From Candidatus Babeliales bacterium (GTDB lineage Bacteria; Babelota; Babeliae; Babelales; JACPOV01): 64,000 nt of DNA. The notes below the pieces were generated by a model. It was not told where the DNA came from and ran no database searches. It saw only the letters and a list, made by a program, of their open reading frames with translations. The position numbers and the translations under genes were made by a program. Position 1 is the first letter of the stretch, and every line of letters begins with the position of its first letter. This document shows, piece after piece, positions 52,651 through 61,798 of the stretch. The stretch covers positions 69,925 through 133,924 of the forward strand of contig JBFWNW010000002.1 in the NCBI GenBank assembly GCA_050250855.1, given 5' to 3'.

Positions 52651-55296
52651 ATGAATTATAAAAAAATTATATCAATGCTTTTTATATTCTTTTTTTGTCA
52701 GCATCTAGAGGGATACACGAGAAAAACAAAAACTTCTTGTGCTAGTCCTGTTGCTGCAGAAAAACAACAGAGCTCTTATGGCAAAAGAGCATCACGAAAT
52801 AAACCTAAAGCGGTTATTTCTGGTTCTACCCAAGAATGTCAACCTGAAGCTTTAGATACCTGTGCTCCTGCAGTTTTTAATCCTGCGCAAAAGGTACAAA
52901 GCCGACAACCCTTTGCCGCAAAAAAAGATCCTAAACAGACTAAAACAAAACCACTATCACAAGTAGAGCAAAAACAAGTTGATGAGCCTTTAGATGGTCA
53001 CGATTTTTCTGAAGCTAAAAAGCATATTCCCACGCGCCCAAAAACAGCAACTGATGATAAAGAAGATTTAATAGAAGTAAATCTTGAAAAAACAGATCTT
53101 CCTAATTTGTTGCGTTGGATTTCTGATGTATTTAACGTTAAATTTTTAAGTGAAGATGCTCTTCAACCGTCGCCGAGTGGCAGAAATTTATCTGGTAATG
53201 CTATTACTTTTAAAACCCATACGCCACTTACCAAGCGTGAAGTGTGGGATCTCTTTATTACGTTTCTTGATCTTTTTGGTTTTGGCCTTTCTGAAGGCAC
53301 TATTCCAGATTTATATAAAGTTTTACCAACAGGGCCACAGGGGTCTCCTAATTTACTTTCAAAAGCACCGCTCCCTTCTTACATTAATATACCTTGGCAA
53401 GATTTACCTGATAATGATAGCACCGTGCGCTATGTATATTTGGTAAAAAATAGTAACTTAGCAACCATTCAAGGTATTGTTGATGCCTTTAGAAGTAACA
53501 CCTCAATATTACGAAAATTAGAAGATCTAAATGGTCTTTTTATGATTGATAAATCATCCAATATTCGTTCTATTATGCAAGTTGTTGATGAGCTTGATAA
53601 AGCAACACAACCGGAAGCACTTTCTGTTCTTAAGTTAAAAAATGCTGACGCTAATGATGTTGTTAATCTTTATAACCAATTAGTAAAAACAGAAGATCCT
53701 CGCGGCATTGCTCGCTTTTTGGGAGGCAAAAAACCTACTACTATTTACTTTCCCGAAGGCCTTCGCATGATTCCTGAACCGCGAACCAATACGCTGATTA
53801 TTTTGGGAGATAAAGAAGGTATCAAAAAAGCAGAAGATTTCATTATTAACCATGTTGATACTGAATTAAAAATTCCTTATTCACCTTTGTATGTTTATGA
53901 ATTACAGTACACCAGCGCCAAAGATATGGCAGAAATTTTAACGAATGTAACACAATTTACCGGAGGCTCTGCAGCCGCAGCAACAAGCGGCGGTGTTCGT
54001 GAAGGTGATAAATATTTACGTCCTATGGTGTTCAAGGCAGAAGATCAAGGAAATCGTTTACTTATTAAAGCAGAAAAAGAAGATTATTTAAAAGTGCGTG
54101 ATATTATTAGAAAACTTGATGTAAAACAACCACAGATTGCTATGGAAGTTTTAATCGTCAATGTTATTCAGACCAATGATCGCCAACTTGGCGTTCAGAT
54201 TCGTAACAAGTCAACAAATACCGTTAGTAAAAATCTTGATTTCCAAACTTCCGGGTTCCCTCTTGCGAATAATACTCGCTCAGCTCCCGTCATTGATCAA
54301 AATACTGGCTCAATCATGGCAAACCTTATTAGCCTTGCGCAAGGACAATCTGTTGGCTCAACCTTGTTGACCATTTCTAATGCAGCATCGGGCGTATGGG
54401 GAATTTTTAAAATTTTACAAAACTATGCACAAACAAATATTGTTTCTAATCCGTTCTTAATTACGACTAATAAATATACGGCTCAAGTTTCTATTGGTGA
54501 AACACGCCGTATTCAGACAAGTACAACCTCTGGTGTACAAAACGTTGCAGCATTTGGCGACGTTGAAGCGAATTTGACAGTAAAAATAACACCACAAATA
54601 AATAGTATAGGTATTATTAACTTAGTTGTTGATATTAGCATTCAAAACTTTACGCAAGCTGACCCTAACAGTGCTACTAAAGATACAAAAACAGTAAAAA
54701 CAAACGCTAACGTTGCTAATGGCGAAGTTCTTGCTATTGGTGGCCTCTTGCAATCAAGAGAAGATGATGCCACCAGCAAAGTACCTATTCTTGGTGATTT
54801 TCCTGTGCTTGGTTGGTTCTTTAAAAGTAAGGCAAAAACGAAAACAAAAGATAATTTACTTATTTTTATTTCTCCTCGCATTATCGAACCTATGCTTGCA
54901 GGTGGCATTGGTGAATACACACAAGAAAAAGCATGTAAATCAAAAAATATTATGGGCGAAGCTCGTCATCCTGCAGAAAAACGCGATCCTATTCATCGTT
55001 GGTTCTTCCATGACTATCCATGCGAAGGTACTGAGTATATTGACGATTTCCTTGCAAGTCGCAACAATGAACCAGTATGCCGCGTAGAATGTGAAGAATG
55101 TCCAGATCAAATAGATCCAGATTATACCTGTTGCGGAGAGCCAGCCACACGCTTTATAACAACAGATGCTGCAGTTGGCACTGATGCAAAGAAAAATAGT
55201 CCCGCACCTAAAGAAAAAGTTATTCTTGCTGATAACAAGGCAGAAAATAAAAAATCAAAAAAATCTCTTATTAACTTCTTGCCAGGTGAAGCATGA
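52651..55296 (+). CDS. Secretin (GspD/PilQ family), copy 1
   Basis: Signal peptide. N-domain repeats. C-terminal secretin domain NANVANGEVLAIGGLLQSREDDATSKVPILGDFPVLGWFFKSKAKTKTKDNLLIFISPRII. Cys-rich C-terminal tail. Confidence 0.9.
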   Translation: MNYKKIISMLFIFFFCQHLEGYTRKTKTSCASPVAAEKQQSSYGKRASRNKPKAVISGSTQECQPEALDTCAPAVFNPAQKVQSRQPFAAKKDPKQTKTKPLSQVEQKQVDEPLDGHDFSEAKKHIPTRPKTATDDKEDLIEVNLEKTDLPNLLRWISDVFNVKFLSEDALQPSPSGRNLSGNAITFKTHTPLTKREVWDLFITFLDLFGFGLSEGTIPDLYKVLPTGPQGSPNLLSKAPLPSYINIPWQDLPDNDSTVRYVYLVKNSNLATIQGIVDAFRSNTSILRKLEDLNGLFMIDKSSNIRSIMQVVDELDKATQPEALSVLKLKNADANDVVNLYNQLVKTEDPRGIARFLGGKKPTTIYFPEGLRMIPEPRTNTLIILGDKEGIKKAEDFIINHVDTELKIPYSPLYVYELQYTSAKDMAEILTNVTQFTGGSAAAATSGGVREGDKYLRPMVFKAEDQGNRLLIKAEKEDYLKVRDIIRKLDVKQPQIAMEVLIVNVIQTNDRQLGVQIRNKSTNTVSKNLDFQTSGFPLANNTRSAPVIDQNTGSIMANLISLAQGQSVGSTLLTISNAASGVWGIFKILQNYAQTNIVSNPFLITTNKYTAQVSIGETRRIQTSTTSGVQNVAAFGDVEANLTVKITPQINSIGIINLVVDISIQNFTQADPNSATKDTKTVKTNANVANGEVLAIGGLLQSREDDATSKVPILGDFPVLGWFFKSKAKTKTKDNLLIFISPRIIEPMLAGGIGEYTQEKACKSKNIMGEARHPAEKRDPIHRWFFHDYPCEGTEYIDDFLASRNNEPVCRVECEECPDQIDPDYTCCGEPATRFITTDAAVGTDAKKNSPAPKEKVILADNKAENKKSKKSLINFLPGEA

Positions 55297-56912
55297 TACG
55301 TGATATTTTTATTCCAGAAAAAGTTGGTACGTATTATCTATCACCAAAACGCATTATAGGATTTGATATAACCAAAACATACGTATACGCTTCACAAGTT
55401 TATTGCGCTGGCTCTTCTATTACGTTGGAAAAATTTTATCAAGAACAGATTGACCCTGATGTTACAAGATCTTATGTAGAACGAGTGAGCCAAGCAATTA
55501 GAGCAATTATGAGCCAAGCTCCTTATTGCGATGAAATGAGATCTTCTCTTTCAAGTACCTTAATTGTTTTTAAAGAATTAACATTACCGTTCTTGAATGC
55601 AGAAAAAATTTCCTTACTCTTGCCGTATGAAATTGAACAATCATTACCATTTTCATTACACGATGCAGTTGTTGATTTTATTACTACAAAGCAAACAGTT
55701 CAACAAGGAACATCAGACGTTATTGCTGCTGCTACCCAGAAAGAATATATTGCAGAGCAAATAGTTTATTTTGAACAAGCTGGCTACAACCCTACAACTC
55801 TCACTGTTGATCTTTTTGATCTTTATGGCCTTTATCGCCAAATTCCTTCTTATGCAACATCGGAGGAAACGGTGGCCCTTATTGATATAGAATTTAATAT
55901 AACCAGAATTTGTTTTATTATTGATGGTCAATTAAAACTTGTGCGCACATTACAGCGCGGCATTGCAAATATTGCAAAAACAATGGCTCAAGAACTTTCT
56001 GCTGCTAATGGAAAAGCACTAGAAGATCTTGTCAGATTTGGTCTAGAAAAACATGACGATGCATCCTATACGACTGCTGCACAAAAAGCAATGCAGATGT
56101 TCTTAAAAGATATTCAGTTCACCTTGCAATCATTTATAACGCAAACAGGCTATCAAGAAAAAATTAATAAAATTTTATTACTGGGCCGAGGCTCTGAAAT
56201 TAATAATCTTGAGCAGTTCTTTACTAAAAATTTGAGTATTGAAACCGTGCTTTTTGATACGAATGCTTTATTAAAACTACCAAATGTTTCAATAAAAACA
56301 GGCGTGCGTATTCCGCGTGCAAATAGCATAAGTTTATCTACAGCTTTCCCTACTACTATTACTGAAAGATTCAATTTACGCCAACAAGAGTTTGCTATTC
56401 CCTCAACCGTTACGTTTTACAAACAGTTTTTTGTAGCAGTTACTCTTTTTCTGTCAACATTCTTAATGCTCTTTATGCACAGCTATTGGCAAAAAAGAAC
56501 GCTAGCTCATACGGCAACAGCAATGGAAAAAGCGGTAGTAAATAAACTTAATGAGCTTGATCTAACGGATAAAAAACAGTTTGCTACTGCTCTTGAAGAT
56601 GCAGAGGAAAAAGTTGCACGAGAAGAAGAATTATGGTTTGGTTTTTCTCGTCAAACACGTTTTTCTTTCCTTAAAGCATTGCAAGATTTAAGCATTCTTA
56701 TAGATAGAAAAGGCCTTGGACTTCAGCTTAAAAAAATGATCATTACCACCAATGAAATTACCCTAGAGGGTGAGGTCAGAGGATTTGAAGAACTAAAAAC
56801 GCTTGAACGCGAATTGCGAGAATCAAAACTATTTGCCTATGTTCCTACACTGCAAGAGCTTAAATTTAATGAAAAGTTACCATTACGTAAAAATAATGAG
56901 GGACCTCAATGA
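55293..56912 (+). CDS. PilM-PilN fusion / GspL-like actin-fold assembly protein
   Basis: The N-terminal ~350 aa follows the PilM pattern (IIGFDITKT..., LIDIEFNITRICFIIDG, KILLLGRGSEINNL). One TM helix (FFVAVTLFLSTFLMLF), then a ~140-aa periplasmic domain. ATGA overlap upstream. Confidence 0.7.
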   Translation: MIRDIFIPEKVGTYYLSPKRIIGFDITKTYVYASQVYCAGSSITLEKFYQEQIDPDVTRSYVERVSQAIRAIMSQAPYCDEMRSSLSSTLIVFKELTLPFLNAEKISLLLPYEIEQSLPFSLHDAVVDFITTKQTVQQGTSDVIAAATQKEYIAEQIVYFEQAGYNPTTLTVDLFDLYGLYRQIPSYATSEETVALIDIEFNITRICFIIDGQLKLVRTLQRGIANIAKTMAQELSAANGKALEDLVRFGLEKHDDASYTTAAQKAMQMFLKDIQFTLQSFITQTGYQEKINKILLLGRGSEINNLEQFFTKNLSIETVLFDTNALLKLPNVSIKTGVRIPRANSISLSTAFPTTITERFNLRQQEFAIPSTVTFYKQFFVAVTLFLSTFLMLFMHSYWQKRTLAHTATAMEKAVVNKLNELDLTDKKQFATALEDAEEKVAREEELWFGFSRQTRFSFLKALQDLSILIDRKGLGLQLKKMIITTNEITLEGEVRGFEELKTLERELRESKLFAYVPTLQELKFNEKLPLRKNNEGPQ

Positions 56913-57478
56913 CGATAGTTAACCATATTAAAGAATTCATTGAGCAACTTGATGAAGCAGCTTTTAAGCGTTACATAGTTACCTTTTTTGCTCTTTTTTT
57001 CCTCTGCATAGGTTTTATTATATATCGCTACTATAGTGGCGTTTCAGTTATAAAAAATCGCATTGATACTATTAATAAAAAAAGAAAAGAGGTTAAAAAT
57101 CTCTTAGAACGTTTTGAAGTTGTTAAAGTACAAAAAACGGAAGTAGATACACTTCTTGAAAAAGATGCAGCATTTAAAATTGGTGGTTATTTTGATACTA
57201 TTATTAATCAACTAGGCATAGCCGGTAATCAAACTCGTGCTCCTGAAACTTCATCTGAAGAGCTAGATAATGGCTACACTGAAGTTAAGTTGTATGCAAG
57301 CTTTACCAACATGAATACACAAAAGCTTGTAGCATTACTTGACACACTTGAGCAAAATGAACGAATCTATACAAAAGAAGTTGAAATTTATAAACCAGAT
57401 GTTGGCAAAACAATCAACATAAATATTTTAATTGCAACGCTTGAACCAAAAATTGAAACAACTGAAATAACGGAGTGA
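56909..57478 (+). CDS. PilO/GspM-like bitopic membrane protein
   Basis: 189 aa with a single TM helix (IVTFFALFFLCIGFIIY), a coiled coil and a C-terminal alpha/beta domain. ATGA overlap upstream. Confidence 0.55.
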   Translation: MTIVNHIKEFIEQLDEAAFKRYIVTFFALFFLCIGFIIYRYYSGVSVIKNRIDTINKKRKEVKNLLERFEVVKVQKTEVDTLLEKDAAFKIGGYFDTIINQLGIAGNQTRAPETSSEELDNGYTEVKLYASFTNMNTQKLVALLDTLEQNERIYTKEVEIYKPDVGKTININILIATLEPKIETTEITE

Positions 57479-57480
57479 TT

Positions 57481-60033
57481 ATGCTAAACAAGCGTTTTAT
57501 ATTTCTTGTAAGCATAGTACTATTTACTACGCATGCATTAATGAGTACTGAAGAAATTTCTTTAAAAAAAGATGATTCAGTAAAAAAAACTCATACAAGA
57601 ACTGGCAAAAAAAAAATTAAATTCGAGTTTACGGATAAACCTCTTGTAGATATTATCAATGAACTCGCACAAGAAAAAAAACTAAATATTATTCTTCCGC
57701 AAGGTGATCCTGTTGAAATAAAAACAAAGGTAACCTATCATCTTAAAAAACCTTTAACCCTTGCACAAGCATGGAAAGAAGTTATTTCACTACTTGACCT
57801 TGCTGGCTATACTATGCAGCCGCAGGGCACTGATATGCTTCTTATTAGAAAAGTTGATGATAATATAAAAAAACAAATTACTTCAATCTTTATTGATCAA
57901 CCTCTCGATAAATTACCTGATAATGAAAACTTTATTCGTGCTGTTTTTTATTTGGCCAATATAAATCTTAAAAATGAGTCTAGCTGGGGGGATTTAAATC
58001 CCATATTAACCGATATGCTTTCAGCTAAAGCAAATATCCAGGTTGATAAAAAAACTAACGCTTTAATTTTAACTGACAAAGCAACCAATATAAAATCGGT
58101 TATGAAAATAGTTTTGGAGCTTGATAAAGGTGGCCCTAAAGATAGCATTGAAGTTATTCCTCTTTACTATACCTCAGCAGATGATATTCAAAAACTTTTT
58201 GATCAACTGCTTGCACCACGTCAACAACCAGTACCTGGTGCTCCTCCTGTGCAAGAGCAAGCTTCTTATTTTCCTAAAAATACAAGAATTATTGCATTGC
58301 CGCGTAATAATAATTTAGTAATTATGGGTACGCCGTATACTATAGATCTAGTGCGTGATTTTATTATTAAATATATTGACCGTCCTTTAGAATCTGGTGA
58401 ATCAATTCTTCATATTTATGATTTACAATATCTTGATGCACAGCAATTTCAGCCCGTTTTACAACAAATTGTAAGTCCTGGGCAAACAGGACAAAGTACT
58501 GGACAGGCTGTAGCTCAAGGGCCTAAGCAATATTTCCAGGGCGTTATTATTGCTGCCGAAAAAACAAGCGAAACGGAACAGCTTGCACCGTCAACCGTAG
58601 GCACCAATGGTTCAACGGCTGGCGCACAGCCACAAGCAGAAACCGCAAAAGTAGGTGGTAATCGTTTACTTATTGCAGCACGTAAAAAAGATTGGATTCG
58701 CATTAAGCAACTTATTGAGGATCTTGATAAACCCCAACCACAAATTTCTTTAGAAGTACTTGTTGCTGATATAACTCTCAATAGCGATAAATTATTAGGC
58801 AGCCAAATGCGCAACAAACAAGGCTGGAATGATGCCATTTCACAAGGTGTTGATTGGCAAAGTGCACAACTTAACCAGCCTGTATTAAAAGCTGCACCTA
58901 TAAATCCCGATGGTACCGGCGCTAGTGATATCTTCACTCAATTACCTGCAGATGCCCTTATGTCAAACTTATTGCAATTGAATGATCCTTTTGGCAATGG
59001 CCAAAACCTTGCATCAGTTATGACACCTGGATCTTTAGTATTTTCTTTAAAAGATTCTGCCAATAATGGCATTTGGAGTGTTTGGCAATTTATTAATAAC
59101 TACACCACAGCAACGCTTATCGCTCAACCCTTTGTGGTTACCAAAAATCACCAACAAGCAAGTGTAACTATTGCACAGCAACGATTCGTTGCTGGTAAAG
59201 CAGATACCAGTAATACTGCCGTTAACGTTGCTAATGAATGGATTACCGCTGCATTTACTATTGATATTCTTCCTCATATAAGTAGCTCTGGTAATGTCAA
59301 TTTACAAGTAGTGGTAAAAATAAACCAGTTTGCATCCTCTGATGTTACTAACAACACGCGCTTGACGCGCTTAGTACAAACCAATGCAAACGTTGGCGAT
59401 GGTCAAATTTTAGCTCTTGGTGGCCTAACGCGTGAATCAACGGATGATGCTATGCGAGAAACTCCGGTTTTAGGAAATTTCCCCATCTTAGGATGGTTCT
59501 TTAAAGCGAAGCAAAAAATTAAGGAACGTAATAACCTTATCATTTTTATTAGACCAGTAATTGATAAAGAGATTGTCGGTGGTACAAGCAAATTTACTCA
59601 ACGCAAACTTGCTTATGCTAAAGATAGTATTGATGAAAGTCTTTGCTTTGAAAATCTTAATGACCCTATTACGCGTTGGTTCTTTAAGCCTGATCCGTTC
59701 TATGCAAAAAATACTATTGATGAGTACAAACATATAACGCAAAAACATCGTGAGCCATCTGGAAAAGCTGAAGACGTGAAAGTTTTAGCTGAGCAATCTG
59801 TAGATAAAAAAACTATACGAGAGCTTGTTAAAAATGAAACAAATCCTTTATTAAATACGCAAGAAGAAAAATCTGTGCATATTGCCACCACAAAATCTTC
59901 TCCTGCACGCAAAGAACGTTCTGTGCAAGAGAAAAGAATGCATGATATTATTGCAAAAGAAGCTTCATGCCAAGACTTAAAACTATTACTTGAAGACGCA
60001 GAAAATCCTTTACTTGCTAATTCTCAAGCATAG
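57481..60033 (+). CDS. Secretin (GspD/PilQ family), copy 2
   Basis: ATG at 57481 follows GGAG. Signal peptide. Secretin domain NANVGDGQILALGGLTRESTDDAMRETPVLGNFPILGWFFKAKQKIKERNNLIIFIRPVI. Roughly 160-aa C-terminal extension. Confidence 0.9.
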   Translation: MLNKRFIFLVSIVLFTTHALMSTEEISLKKDDSVKKTHTRTGKKKIKFEFTDKPLVDIINELAQEKKLNIILPQGDPVEIKTKVTYHLKKPLTLAQAWKEVISLLDLAGYTMQPQGTDMLLIRKVDDNIKKQITSIFIDQPLDKLPDNENFIRAVFYLANINLKNESSWGDLNPILTDMLSAKANIQVDKKTNALILTDKATNIKSVMKIVLELDKGGPKDSIEVIPLYYTSADDIQKLFDQLLAPRQQPVPGAPPVQEQASYFPKNTRIIALPRNNNLVIMGTPYTIDLVRDFIIKYIDRPLESGESILHIYDLQYLDAQQFQPVLQQIVSPGQTGQSTGQAVAQGPKQYFQGVIIAAEKTSETEQLAPSTVGTNGSTAGAQPQAETAKVGGNRLLIAARKKDWIRIKQLIEDLDKPQPQISLEVLVADITLNSDKLLGSQMRNKQGWNDAISQGVDWQSAQLNQPVLKAAPINPDGTGASDIFTQLPADALMSNLLQLNDPFGNGQNLASVMTPGSLVFSLKDSANNGIWSVWQFINNYTTATLIAQPFVVTKNHQQASVTIAQQRFVAGKADTSNTAVNVANEWITAAFTIDILPHISSSGNVNLQVVVKINQFASSDVTNNTRLTRLVQTNANVGDGQILALGGLTRESTDDAMRETPVLGNFPILGWFFKAKQKIKERNNLIIFIRPVIDKEIVGGTSKFTQRKLAYAKDSIDESLCFENLNDPITRWFFKPDPFYAKNTIDEYKHITQKHREPSGKAEDVKVLAEQSVDKKTIRELVKNETNPLLNTQEEKSVHIATTKSSPARKERSVQEKRMHDIIAKEASCQDLKLLLEDAENPLLANSQA

Positions 60034-61267
60034 CAAGAGCAAGTTCATCTTCAATCATAAGTAAGCGGTTATATTTTGCCAGGCGCTCACCACGGGAAAG
60101 TCCGCCAGCTTTTATTTGCCCAGCATTAGCACCAACAGCAAGGTCTGCAATAAAAGCATCATTGGTTTCGCCCGAACGGTGAGAAACTAAGGTATTAAAC
60201 CCATGCTCCTGGCATAATTGAAGGGCTTGTAGCGTTTCTGTGATGGTACCTATTTGATTTGGCTTAATAATAGATCCTGTTGCCAATCCTTCGATAATAC
60301 CTTGATAGATACGTGTTGGATTGGTTGCAAAAATATCATCGCCAAGAATTTGAATTTTTTTGCCCAAGGTTGCCGTCAATGTTTGCCAACCTTCAATATC
60401 AAAAGCAACAAGACCATCTTCTAAAGAAAAAATAGGATAATCTTGCACCCATTGACCATAGAGCTCAATAAGTTCTTGCGTAGAAATTAATTTGCCATAC
60501 CATTCGTACGCTTTTTTTTGTTTGTTGTAAAAAAATGATGCTGCAGCATCAAGCGCAATTTTAAAAAGAGATTCTGCTTTAAGTGATTGTATAGTTTCCA
60601 TTAATAGATCTAATGCTTGTCTGTCATCAGTTAATAATGGTGCAAAACCACCTTCATCGCCAACACACGTCAATAATTTTTTACGTTTTAATATATCTTT
60701 TAATCTATGATAAAATTCAACACCATATTCAAGTGACTGACGAAAATTTTGTGCTCCAGAAGGCACAATCATAAACTCTTGTATATGAAGTTTATTATCT
60801 GCATGCATGCCGCCATTAATAACATTAAAAAAAGGAATTGGCAGCATAACTGATTCATAACCTAATAACTGAGCAATAAATTCATACAACTCCATTTCAT
60901 TAACTACTGCTTGCGCTTTAATAACTGCCATACTCGCCGCAAGCATACTATTAGCTCCCAGTTTACTTTTGTCATCAGTACCATCAAGTTGCAAAAGAAT
61001 TTGATCAATAACAACAACATCAGGTTCTTTGCCAACAAGAGCTGGTGCAATAATTTCTTCTATAATTTGGATAGCTTTTGAAATTCCTTGGCCGTTAAAG
61101 CGATCACCGCCATCACGCAGCTCATGCGCTTCGTAAGGACCTTTTGATTTTCCAGCAGGAACCGCTGACGCAACAAAAAAACCATCATCTAAATAAAGAT
61201 AGCATGCTATGGTTGGATATCCGCGTGAATCAAAAATCTCTCGGGCTTGAATTTTTGCTATTTTCAT
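60017..61267 (-). CDS. eno: Enolase
   Basis: IFDSRGYPT N-terminus, SHRSGETND and KYNRLLMIEDEL. 416 aa. Confidence 0.95.
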   Translation of the reverse strand: MKIAKIQAREIFDSRGYPTIACYLYLDDGFFVASAVPAGKSKGPYEAHELRDGGDRFNGQGISKAIQIIEEIIAPALVGKEPDVVVIDQILLQLDGTDDKSKLGANSMLAASMAVIKAQAVVNEMELYEFIAQLLGYESVMLPIPFFNVINGGMHADNKLHIQEFMIVPSGAQNFRQSLEYGVEFYHRLKDILKRKKLLTCVGDEGGFAPLLTDDRQALDLLMETIQSLKAESLFKIALDAAASFFYNKQKKAYEWYGKLISTQELIELYGQWVQDYPIFSLEDGLVAFDIEGWQTLTATLGKKIQILGDDIFATNPTRIYQGIIEGLATGSIIKPNQIGTITETLQALQLCQEHGFNTLVSHRSGETNDAFIADLAVGANAGQIKAGGLSRGERLAKYNRLLMIEDELALAMLEN

Positions 61268-61373
61268 AGCTTCCTTTTTTGTTCTGTTTTGAAATTTGTT
61301 ATATTATTTTTAATGTACTCTATCAAGAAATTATACTCAATAGTTCCTCTGAAAAATGTAAAGCTGAAATACC

Positions 61374-61796
61374 TTATACATTCTCGCTATAAAACAGTTT
61401 CTTTATAAAGCAAGCAACACCATCACGGCTTGCATCAAAATGCGGTTGAGGAAGATTTTGAGGGTCAACCCAGCGCCATTCAGCACACTTTTCTGGCTCC
61501 ATGAGCTTCAGTTCACCCGTAAAATCTTTTGCAAGCAAAATAACTGATGCGTAATGCTTGCCAAACTCTTTATACGTCTCAAGGTTGTTGGTAATTGCTA
61601 TTACTTTTGGATCATGAATAATAAGATTAGTTTCTTCTTTAATTTCGCGCACAGCGCACTGCTCAAATGTTTCGCCTAGCTCTAATTTACCGCCAGGAAT
61701 TGACCAAAAGGGCGCATGGCTATTAATACGCTTGCCAACTAAAATCTTGCCGTTATGCTCAATAATTACGCCAATGCCAACGCGAACTATTTCCAT
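61374..61796 (-). CDS. NUDIX hydrolase
   Basis: Nudix box GGKLELGETFEQCAVREIKEETNL. Confidence 0.9.
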   Translation of the reverse strand: MEIVRVGIGVIIEHNGKILVGKRINSHAPFWSIPGGKLELGETFEQCAVREIKEETNLIIHDPKVIAITNNLETYKEFGKHYASVILLAKDFTGELKLMEPEKCAEWRWVDPQNLPQPHFDASRDGVACFIKKLFYSENV

Positions 61797-61798
61797 AC

